From contig DUBV01000005.1 in assembly GCA_012960105.1 (NCBI GenBank), forward strand, positions 7,433 to 71,432: a stretch of DNA of 64,000 bases. The letters run 5' to 3'. Below are positions 31,641-39,210 of this stretch, one piece after another (within the stretch, counting starts at the first letter, position 1; every line of letters starts with the position of its first letter). The notes below the pieces were generated by a model, which was given only the letters and a program-made list of their open reading frames with translations, made no database searches and had not been told where the DNA came from. The position numbers and the translations under genes are program-made. This DNA is from Thiotrichaceae bacterium (GTDB taxonomy: Bacteria; Pseudomonadota; Gammaproteobacteria; Eutrophobiales; Eutrophobiaceae).

Positions 31641-33077
31641 GTGATAGAGGGAAAATCTCGCTTTGTAATTTTAATTTCATTGTTACTCCTGCTAGGGTTT
31701 TCATTGACGGGCATTACTACCTATCTAGTTGCAAAAAATGTTCTTCATGAACATATTAGCTCTGAGATTTTACCGCTTACCAGCGACAATATTTATTCTG
31801 AGATTCAAAGAGATATATTAACGACTGTTGTCGCTGTCTCTTCTTTTATGGCACAAGATACATTTGTGCGTAATTGGATAATAGACGGCGAGCAAGATCT
31901 TCAAGAAATCACCCAATATTTAAAATCCATACAAGAGCGCTACAATACGGAAACAGCTTTTCTGGTCTCGGATTCGACGCATGATTACTATCATAGTTCT
32001 GGTTTGCTAAAACAAGTAACTCAGGATGATCCTCTGGACTCCTGGTATTTTCTAGTTGAAGGTTTAAGTGATGATTTTGAAATCAATGTAGATATAGATT
32101 CAGCTACGCCGAATCAAACGACTTTTTTTGTCAATCATAAAATTAATGATTATCAAGGTCGTTATCTTGGGGCGATAGGTGTGGGCTTATCTACTAAAGT
32201 AATAGCTGAGATGATAGAAAACTATCAGTCTCGGTATGATCGCCAGGTTTATTTTGTTGATGTTGATGGCAAAGTTGTGTTACATGGCAAACAGTATCGT
32301 GGTGCAGATGATATTTTCTCTGCGGTAGGCCTTTCTGAAATAGCCAGCGATGCTATAAATAGTAATAGTGACTCTTACTCTTATGATAAGAATGGCACGA
32401 AAGTGTTTGTTAATGCACGGTTTATAAATGAACTGAATTGGTATCTATTAGTGGAGCAGATGGATCAGACAGATTCAAAGATAAAAAATACCTTTTTGAT
32501 TAACGTATTTATTGCTCTTATTGTCGCGATACTAATTTCAGTATTGGCGCAGTTAACCATAGGAGGCTATCAAGTTCGGCTCGAATCTATGGCAAGCGAG
32601 GATAAGCTGACAGGTGTTAATAATCGCCATGCATTTGATGCCTTGTCTCAACAGGTTATGAAAGTAGCAGACCGTCGCGGTGAAGCTTTAAGTGGAGTGC
32701 TCATGGATCTGGATCATTTTAAGACTGTGAATGACCGTTTTGGTCATCTTATTGGTGATCAGGTTATTGCCAGGGCAGCAAGAAGTTTAAAAAATAATAT
32801 TCGTGGCTCTGATTTGATCTGCCGTTGGGGAGGTGAGGAATTTATTATCTTATTGCCGGGAAGTGATGCTGAGGAAACTCGACTATGGGCAGAAAAAGTA
32901 CGTCGTATCATTGATGAGGATATTGTTTTTTTTGGTGAAAAGGCAATGTCAGTCACAGCCAGTTTTGGTGTCAGTCGTTATATAGTCAAAGAAACACGAG
33001 ATACATTTTTCGATCGCGTAGATACCGCGCTTTATCAAGCAAAAGATAAGGGTCGTAACCGAGTCGAAGTTGCGTAG
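31641..33077 (+). CDS. membrane sensor diguanylate cyclase (periplasmic Cache-like domain + GGDEF)
   Basis: 478 aa. Two TM helices flank a ~255-aa periplasmic region. The C-terminal GGDEF domain has an intact GGEEF and an RxxD I-site (RGSD) five residues upstream. Confidence 0.85.
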   Translation: MIEGKSRFVILISLLLLLGFSLTGITTYLVAKNVLHEHISSEILPLTSDNIYSEIQRDILTTVVAVSSFMAQDTFVRNWIIDGEQDLQEITQYLKSIQERYNTETAFLVSDSTHDYYHSSGLLKQVTQDDPLDSWYFLVEGLSDDFEINVDIDSATPNQTTFFVNHKINDYQGRYLGAIGVGLSTKVIAEMIENYQSRYDRQVYFVDVDGKVVLHGKQYRGADDIFSAVGLSEIASDAINSNSDSYSYDKNGTKVFVNARFINELNWYLLVEQMDQTDSKIKNTFLINVFIALIVAILISVLAQLTIGGYQVRLESMASEDKLTGVNNRHAFDALSQQVMKVADRRGEALSGVLMDLDHFKTVNDRFGHLIGDQVIARAARSLKNNIRGSDLICRWGGEEFIILLPGSDAEETRLWAEKVRRIIDEDIVFFGEKAMSVTASFGVSRYIVKETRDTFFDRVDTALYQAKDKGRNRVEVA

Positions 33078-33115
33078 TCAGCTTTGTATTACTAACTAAA
33101 GATCAATCAACATTA

Positions 33116-33430
33116 ATGAACTACCAGTTAGTTATTCAATTTTCTCTAGTGGATGCCGGTGTCGAAGATTTTGAACGTTTGATGATGCTCGAAAATGAAT
33201 TAAGAGTTGTGCTGAGGGAAAAGCACATGGTTGACGGACATGATTTAGGCGCAGAAAAAATGAATATTTTTATTAATACAGATGACCCTAATGAAGCGTT
33301 CACCCTAGCAAAAGATGTTTTGATTGAAGCAGATTTAAAAACAATCTTGGTCGCGTATAGAGATTTTGAAAGTGAAGAGTATGTGTTCATATGGCCAGAA
33401 AAATTTAGCGGTGAATTTAGGATCAAATAA
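33116..33430 (+). CDS. hypothetical small acidic protein
   Basis: 104 aa with balanced composition. The antisense 111-aa ORF is Ser/Leu-rich and looks spurious. The motif VDGHD-G--KMNIFI-TDDP seems familiar, but I cannot assign a family. No clear SD. Confidence 0.5.
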   Translation: MNYQLVIQFSLVDAGVEDFERLMMLENELRVVLREKHMVDGHDLGAEKMNIFINTDDPNEAFTLAKDVLIEADLKTILVAYRDFESEEYVFIWPEKFSGEFRIK

Positions 33431-33509
33431 GTAATTAGCGAGCAAGAAATAAATTTAATAATTCCCAACAAGAAAGTAAAAAGTATTAACTTTTTGTTAC
33501 GAATAATCC

Positions 33510-33537
33510 TTGCAACTAAATAATATCCCCATAAACT
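33510..33537 (+). promoter_or_regulatory. putative sigma70 promoter of rnpB
   Basis: TTGCAA (33510-33515), a 16-nt spacer, then TAAACT (33532-33537), which ends 6 nt before the predicted 5' end of the RNase P RNA. Confidence 0.35.
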
Positions 33538-33543
33538 ACCCTT

Positions 33544-33884
33544 GAGAGTTGGCCAGGCAATCGCTGTTGGATTTAGTTCAACAGAGGAAAGTCCGGGCTA
33601 CATAGGGCGAGGTGCCAGATAACGTCTGGGCGGCGCGAGTCGATGGAAAGTGCCACAGAAAATATACCGCCTGTTTCGGCAGGTAAGGGTGAAATGGTGC
33701 GGTAAGAGCGCACCGCGCTGTTAGCAATAGCAGTGGCAGGGTAAACCCCACCTGGAGCAAGACCAAATAGGGAAACGATAGTGCGGCCCACACTGTTTCC
33801 GGGTAGGTCGCATGAGGTGTACGGTGACGTGCACCCCAGATGAATGATTGTCCACGACAGAACCCGGCTTATCGGCCGACTCTT
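33544..33884 (+). ncRNA. rnpB: RNase P RNA (bacterial type A, M1 RNA)
   Basis: Universal blocks GAGGAAAGTCCGGGCT, GGTAAGGGTGAAA-GGTGCGGTAAGAGCGCACC, AGCAAG-CCAAATAGG and ACAGAACCCGGCTTATCGG are present. The P1 helix pairs 5' AGAGTTGGCC with 3' GGCCGACTCT. A T-run follows. Confidence 0.93.
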
Positions 33885-33921
33885 TTTTTATTTTTCAGCG
33901 GAGTTTTTTAAGCTTGATTGT

Positions 33922-34161
33922 TTATGTATCGAACTCATCAGGCCATTTTCTTACTGAGTGATCGACACGTAATATCTCGAGTGTATTTTCACTAACTTGG
34001 TAAGGCACTACAAAAGGAGCATTGGATAAAATTAGCTCTCGCGTTTTTGGTATTCGCCCAGCTTTACCTTAATGGGGATGTTCGCTGAGGTGATTAATTT
34101 CCTGAATAGGGTTGTCTTCCAGAATATAGTCAAAAATTTCGATCAAATTCGATGCCACCAT
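33922..34161 (-). pseudogene. ParE/RelE-family toxin remnant
   Basis: Minus-strand translation: MVASNLIEIFDYILEDNPIQEINHLSEHPH*GKAGRIPKTRELILSNAPFVVPYQVSENTLEILRVDHSVRKWPDEFDT. It has the ParE hallmarks (DNP, G--GR---TREL, ILRV-H----WP) but an in-frame TAA (34069-34071) and shortened N-terminal and central regions. Confidence 0.55.
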
Positions 34162-34351
34162 TTTCTTTTAAGGATGTTTGAGCTTGTTTGATGCCTTCAA
34201 TCTGCCAAGCTTGTTCGCTAAGGTATTGTTTTAGAGCATCTTCAATCACCCAGTTTTTAGGACGGTCCATTGCCTTGGCAAGGCTGCCAATCTTATCTGC
34301 GATCTCGTCATTTGTACGGATTGTAATTTTGCCGTATTTTAATGTCCTGAA
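34130..34351 (-). pseudogene. ribbon-helix-helix (ParD/CopG-type) antitoxin remnant
   Basis: Minus-strand translation: ...KYGKITIRTNDEIADKIGSLAKAMDRPKNWVIEDALKQYLSEQAWQIEGIKQAQTSLKENGG... This is a typical RHH antitoxin. No ATG, GTG or TTG lies between the upstream stop (34352-34354) and the RHH strand, and the 3' end overlaps the toxin remnant by 32 nt. Confidence 0.55.
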
Positions 34352-34504
34352 TTAATAACTGTGTTGCAGTTGAGTACAATGTAATTATTTGCACTCATTT
34401 AGATGTTTGTCAACGTATTGATTTTAAAGAACTATGCTTCATTAGAGGTGTTTTCTTAAGTAATTGTTATCAAAATGAAATAAGAACAAAGACATAAAAT
34501 CACA

Positions 34505-34597
34505 ACGGCATACCCGCGCAGGTGGGTATCCAGTAATTTATTGATTAGCATAATGACATAATCCACTGGGTTCCCGCCTTTGCGGGAACGACGTGTT
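34505..34597. repeat. inverted pair of REP-like GC-rich hairpins (REPIN-like)
   Basis: Hairpin 1 is ATACCCGC-GCAG-GTGGGTAT (34510-34529). Hairpin 2 is GTTCCCGC-CTTT-GCGGGAAC (34570-34589). The two ~33-nt units are inverted copies of each other (..CCCGC..AGG.GGG.A.CCAGT), separated by ~29 nt of AT-rich spacer. Confidence 0.5.
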
Positions 34598-34710
34598 AAC
34601 GTGACAGCAATGATTTAGATTCTTAAAAGACATCAATCTTATTATCAGGGTGATATTATACGAACCAAATAATATTCCACTCACATATACAATTATTAAG
34701 AGGACACCCC

Positions 34711-35151
34711 ATGAACTGGACGGTATATTTATCCGGTGAGATTCACACCGATTGGCGCGAGCAAATAAAAAAGGGTACGGATGAGTTAGGACTTTCTATT
34801 ACTTACACCTCTGCAGTGACCGATCATGAGGCTAGTGATGCGGCAGGTGATCACTTGGGTAAAGACGAAAATAATTTTTGGCGCGACCACAAGTCATCCA
34901 AGGTAAACAGTATTCGTACGAAAAATCTGATCGAAAAATGCGATATTGCTGTGGTTCGGTTTGGCGATAAATACAAACAATGGAACGCGGCATTTGATGC
35001 GGGTTATTGTGCAGCGTTAGGTAAGCCATATATTGCTTTGCATGACGAATCGATTATTCATCCATTGAAAGAAGTCGATGGCGCGGCGATGGCTTGGGCG
35101 CAAACGCCGGAGCAAGTTGTCGAAACACTTAATTATGTCATTAGTGCCTGA
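34711..35151 (+). CDS. YtoQ-family protein (nucleoside 2-deoxyribosyltransferase-like fold)
   Basis: 146 aa. VYLSGEIHTDWRE, FWRDHKS, VVRFGDKYKQWNAAFDAGY and GKPYI-LH match my recollection of the YtoQ family. Confidence 0.75.
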   Translation: MNWTVYLSGEIHTDWREQIKKGTDELGLSITYTSAVTDHEASDAAGDHLGKDENNFWRDHKSSKVNSIRTKNLIEKCDIAVVRFGDKYKQWNAAFDAGYCAALGKPYIALHDESIIHPLKEVDGAAMAWAQTPEQVVETLNYVISA

Positions 35152-35153
35152 TC

Positions 35154-35513
35154 ATGTCTGAAGAGCATGAAATCACAAATGTTCAGGATGCAGTTGACGT
35201 TGTTAGTCAGGCTTTTTCTGACGGTGAATATGGTAAGGCCTTACTTCTCCTTAAACCGCTAGCTGACGAGGGAATTGCCGAGGCGATTGGAATGTTAGGA
35301 ATCGCTTACCAACGTGGTGCGGGTGTTGATGTTAATGCTGAGAAAGCACTTGAACTTTTAGAGAGGGCGGTTGATATGGGTGATGCCGTTGCCGCGCATC
35401 ATTTAGGCGTTTTATATCAAAATGGCATGGAGGGTGTAGATATCGATATGGCCGTAAGCCAGCGCTATTTCCAGCTCTCAAACCAGATGGGAGCGAATTT
35501 TGGGTCAAAATGA
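35154..35513 (+). CDS. Sel1-repeat (SLR/TPR-like) protein, cytoplasmic
   Basis: 119 aa with no signal peptide. Two or three Sel1-like repeats (A-GMLGIAYQRGAGVDVN-EKALELLERA, A-HHLGVLYQNGMEGVDID-A-S-RYF). Starts 3 nt after the ytoQ stop. Confidence 0.75.
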   Translation: MSEEHEITNVQDAVDVVSQAFSDGEYGKALLLLKPLADEGIAEAIGMLGIAYQRGAGVDVNAEKALELLERAVDMGDAVAAHHLGVLYQNGMEGVDIDMAVSQRYFQLSNQMGANFGSK

Positions 35514-35709
35514 CAAAATTTTCGTTATTTGAGAAAAAAAGTTTTTTTAACTCTAATCCAGATCGTACTTAAAGTAGTTTATTAAATAGATATTCGAACA
35601 TTATGAATTAAAAAGCCTTATTGATTTATGTGATAGTTGGTCTTAACTTTTGTTAGCTAAGTTATTGTTACACAAGACATATTTCATAAAAATAAATACT
35701 AAAGAAGTC

Positions 35710-35771
35710 TTGACAGTGAAGACTCGAAATCCCTATAGTTCACGAAGTGGGGAATTGTGGGTAAAAGTGGA
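35710..35771 (+). promoter_or_regulatory. Pmra-like promoter plus MraZ operator (three GTGG(G/A) direct repeats)
   Basis: TTGACA (35710-35715), an 18-nt spacer, then TATAGT (35734-35739). Downstream are GTGGG (35747), GTGGG (35757) and GTGGA (35767) at an exact 10-bp period, as described for MraZ-binding repeats upstream of mraZ. Confidence 0.55.
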
Positions 35772-35798
35772 TTTTACCAGCATGACGGGGATGACATT

Positions 35799-36257
35799 GT
35801 GTTTCGAGGCTTTAATAAAATAAGTATTGATAATAAGGGGCGTTTAGCGGTTCCCTGCCGCTATCGTGAGCTTATTTCTGTGCAAGCCGAAAACAGTCTT
35901 GTTATTACCCTAAACCCATTAGATCGCTCTCTCTGGTTATATCCCCTGCCGGAATGGGAAGTGATTGAAGATAAGTTAGCCTCTCTTTCTGATTTCGATA
36001 AACAAAGCCGACGAACTAAGCAGATGATGCGTGGTTATGCTACGGACTGTCAGCTTGATAGCCAAGGTCGCATCCTCATCCCCAAGGAATTGCGCGATTA
36101 TTCTGAGCTATCTAAAAAAGTTGTCATCTTTGGGCAAGGTAATAAATTCGAAATCTGGAATGAAAAGGCATGGGAAGTTCAACGAGTTGAATGGCTGGAG
36201 ACAACTGGTGATGATTCGGTCCCCACACCAGAATCATTACAGTCGCTGTCTCTTTAG
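35799..36257 (+). CDS. mraZ: transcriptional regulator MraZ
   Basis: GTG at 35799 gives (M)FRGFNKISIDNKGRLAVP and a 152-aa product, the canonical MraZ N-terminus and length. The ORF-track start at 35757 lies inside the operator repeats. Confidence 0.9.
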   Translation: MFRGFNKISIDNKGRLAVPCRYRELISVQAENSLVITLNPLDRSLWLYPLPEWEVIEDKLASLSDFDKQSRRTKQMMRGYATDCQLDSQGRILIPKELRDYSELSKKVVIFGQGNKFEIWNEKAWEVQRVEWLETTGDDSVPTPESLQSLSL

Positions 36258-36273
36258 TAGGTGATTCAACACA

Positions 36274-37215
36274 TTGAGCTATGTACATAAACCAGTCTTA
36301 CTAGACGAGGTTATTGATGCACTTAATATTCGTGCAGATGGGTTTTACATTGATGCGACGTTTGGTCGAGGTGGGCATAGCCGCGAGATTCTTCAGCGAC
36401 TTGGTCCTCAAGGTCGACTGCTTGCCTTCGATAAAGATCCTGATGCGGTTAAGTCTGCCGGTAACGACCTTGTCGAAGACGAACGATTTGAAATTATTCA
36501 AGGTTCATTCACGATGTTGATGCAACATGTTAAACAACATGATTTACAAGCGCAGATTGCTGGCGTGTTGTTTGATTTTGGTGTGTCCTCTCCCCAACTT
36601 GATGATGCTGAACGTGGTTTCAGTTTTCGTTTTGATGCGCCATTAGATATGCGTATGAATCCTGAAGCCGGACAAACTGTCGCCGAATGGTTAAGCAAAG
36701 CCAGTGAAACTGAAATCGCCAATGTGATTTACGAATATGGTGAAGAACGTGCCTCGAGAAGAATAGCAAAAAATATTGTGAACGAACGTGTTGAAACACC
36801 AATAGAAACAACGACACAACTTGCTGAACTTGTGCGTCGCTCAGTACCTTCGAGGAAACCCCGACATCATGGTAAAGATATACACCCTGCGACAAAGACA
36901 TTTCAGGCTTTACGTATTTTCATTAATCGTGAGCTTGACGAAATTAAAGAAGTCTTGCCGCAAGCAGTTGATGTCTTATGTCTTGGTGGTCGTCTTGCGG
37001 CGATAAGTTTTCATTCCCTGGAAGATCGAATTGTAAAACGTTTTATGCGAGATGCATCTTTGCCAAAAGAATATCCGCCTGAGTTACCGATCATGCCGGA
37101 TGATAGCAATGTGAAAATCAAGAGGGTTGGTAAAAAGGTTCGCGCTGGTGAAAAAGAATTAAATGAAAATCCACGAGCACGCAGTGCTGTTTTGCGTGTG
37201 GCGGAGCGTTGCTGA
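36274..37215 (+). CDS. rsmH: 16S rRNA (cytosine1402-N4)-methyltransferase
   Basis: 313 aa. Contains HKPVLLDEV, DATFGRGGHS, DFGVSSPQLD and SFHSLEDR. TTG start; exact start uncertain. Confidence 0.95.
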   Translation: MSYVHKPVLLDEVIDALNIRADGFYIDATFGRGGHSREILQRLGPQGRLLAFDKDPDAVKSAGNDLVEDERFEIIQGSFTMLMQHVKQHDLQAQIAGVLFDFGVSSPQLDDAERGFSFRFDAPLDMRMNPEAGQTVAEWLSKASETEIANVIYEYGEERASRRIAKNIVNERVETPIETTTQLAELVRRSVPSRKPRHHGKDIHPATKTFQALRIFINRELDEIKEVLPQAVDVLCLGGRLAAISFHSLEDRIVKRFMRDASLPKEYPPELPIMPDDSNVKIKRVGKKVRAGEKELNENPRARSAVLRVAERC

Positions 37216-37216
37216 T

Positions 37217-37480
37217 ATGAAAGCACTGTTACATTACGGACTCTACGTCGCAATATTTTTATCGGCGTTACAAGTTGTGATTGCGCGTCATGAAACTCGA
37301 GGTTTATTTGTAGAGTTACAAAAGCTGGAACGAACCGGTGATGAACTGAATGAAGAGTGGGGACGTTTACAGCTTGAACAAAGTACCTGGGCTATTAATG
37401 ACAGAATTGAAACCTTTGCCAGAACAAAACTGGATATGAAAATGCCAGAGCATAGTTCGGTGGTGCTATTAGCTAAATGA
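37217..37480 (+). CDS. ftsL: cell division protein FtsL
   Basis: ATG at 37217, 1 nt after the rsmH stop, gives an 87-aa bitopic protein (TM YVAIFLSALQVVIA, then a coiled coil). Positioned between rsmH and ftsI. Confidence 0.85.
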   Translation: MKALLHYGLYVAIFLSALQVVIARHETRGLFVELQKLERTGDELNEEWGRLQLEQSTWAINDRIETFARTKLDMKMPEHSSVVLLAK

Positions 37481-39210
37481 AATTACGTACGATACAAGCA
37501 CAAAATCCTTCGCGCCGTTGGTTAGTCTTGGGCTTGTTTTTGTGTGCTATGGCGATATTGTCATCGCGCGCGATATATCTACAACTATTGAATAATGATT
37601 TTTTAAAAGAACATGGCGATGCTCGATCGATTCGTGTGGTTGATGTTCCTTCGCATCGAGGAGTGATTGTTGACCGTAATGGTGAGCCATTGGCGATGAG
37701 TACACCAGTGGAATCGATCTGGGTCACGCCGAAGAAAGTTTTTGAAGATGTGACACGTTTACCTGATCTGGCAAACGTGATGGATATGACGGTAGAAGAA
37801 CTTCACGAAATTTTACGTGATCGAATTAGTCGTGATTTTGTTTATTTAAAACGTCATGCGAATCCAGATTTGGTGAAAAAAGTACAAGCTTTGAGGATAA
37901 AAGGGGTCTCAACACAACGCGAGTATAAGCGTTATTACCCCGCTGCTGAGGTGACATCGCATATTGTTGGTTTTACAAATATTGACGATCAAGGTCAGGA
38001 AGGTTTGGAACTAGCTTATGACGAATGGTTAAGTGGTAAGTTTGGAAAGAAACGCGTTCTTAAAGATCGTTTAAACCGAGTAATTGAAAATATTGAGAGT
38101 ATCGAATCTTCGGAGCCGGGGAAAAAATTAACTTTAAGTATTGATCGTCGTGTTCAATATTTAGCTTATCGAGAATTAGCTGCGGCAGTAAAATATCATC
38201 GGGCAAAAGGTGGTTCTTTGGTGATGTTGGATATCAAAACCGGTGAAGTCATGGCGATGGTTGGTCAACCTTCTTATAACCCGAATAACCGCGAAACCTT
38301 AAAAAGTCATTATTATAGAAATCGCGCTGTTACTGATGTCTTTGAACCCGGTTCAACGATGAAACCTTTTACCATAGCGGCAGGCTTGGAATCCGGAATT
38401 TATAAACCGCATACAGAAATTAATACGTCTCCCGGTTTTTATAAGGTTGGTGATCATACTATCCGCGATACACATAATTATGGAAACATAGATGTTTCAA
38501 CGGTCATCACTAAATCGAGTAATGTTGGTGCGAGTAAGATTGCATTAGCGCTTGAGCCGGAACAATACTGGGATGCTTTATCGCGTTTTGGTTTTGGCCA
38601 GCCTACGGGTAGTGCATTTCCTGGAGAGTCAGGAGGAATTTTAAGTCCGTATAATACTTGGTCAGATTTTGAAATGGCAACCATGTCATTTGGTTATGGT
38701 TTATCTGTCACACCATTACAACTTGTTCAGGCATATTCTGTTTTAGCAAACGGTGGAGTGATGTTGCCGGTTTCTTTCATTAAAGTTAATGATACTGTTT
38801 CTGGTAGACGCGTAATACCGGAGAATATTGCCAGACAAGTAAGAAAGATGTTGGAAACCGTAGTGTCTGCAAAAGGTACGGGTAAGCGTGCTGCGATTAA
38901 AGGTTATCGCGTTATTGGCAAAACTGGCACGGTGCATAAATCTGTACGTGGTGGTTATTCTGAAGATCGCTATCTTTCTTTATTCGCAGGAATCGCGCCT
39001 GCAAGTGAACCACGATTTGCAATGGTTATTCTCATTGATGAGCCCAGAGGTGATAGCCATTACGGTGGTGATGTCGCAGCACCCGTTTTTTCCAGAGTCA
39101 TGGAAGGCACATTTCGAATATTAAATATACCTCCAGATGACTTGCCGGCGATTACCAGTCCGATCATGGCGAATACTCATAAGCCCGATCAATTAAAAGG
39201 GTTTCAATAG
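37477..39210 (+). CDS. ftsI: peptidoglycan D,D-transpeptidase FtsI (PBP3)
   Basis: 577 aa with an N-terminal TM helix and the motifs STMKP (SxxK), SSN and KTGT. ATGA overlap with ftsL. Confidence 0.93.
   Translation: MKLRTIQAQNPSRRWLVLGLFLCAMAILSSRAIYLQLLNNDFLKEHGDARSIRVVDVPSHRGVIVDRNGEPLAMSTPVESIWVTPKKVFEDVTRLPDLANVMDMTVEELHEILRDRISRDFVYLKRHANPDLVKKVQALRIKGVSTQREYKRYYPAAEVTSHIVGFTNIDDQGQEGLELAYDEWLSGKFGKKRVLKDRLNRVIENIESIESSEPGKKLTLSIDRRVQYLAYRELAAAVKYHRAKGGSLVMLDIKTGEVMAMVGQPSYNPNNRETLKSHYYRNRAVTDVFEPGSTMKPFTIAAGLESGIYKPHTEINTSPGFYKVGDHTIRDTHNYGNIDVSTVITKSSNVGASKIALALEPEQYWDALSRFGFGQPTGSAFPGESGGILSPYNTWSDFEMATMSFGYGLSVTPLQLVQAYSVLANGGVMLPVSFIKVNDTVSGRRVIPENIARQVRKMLETVVSAKGTGKRAAIKGYRVIGKTGTVHKSVRGGYSEDRYLSLFAGIAPASEPRFAMVILIDEPRGDSHYGGDVAAPVFSRVMEGTFRILNIPPDDLPAITSPIMANTHKPDQLKGFQ

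Noticed and set aside
33573-33793. Two overlapping minus-strand ORFs (72 and 71 aa).
   Set aside because: They lie entirely inside the RNase P RNA gene, whose conserved blocks and P1 pairing explain the sequence. They are GC-rich structural RNA read as protein.
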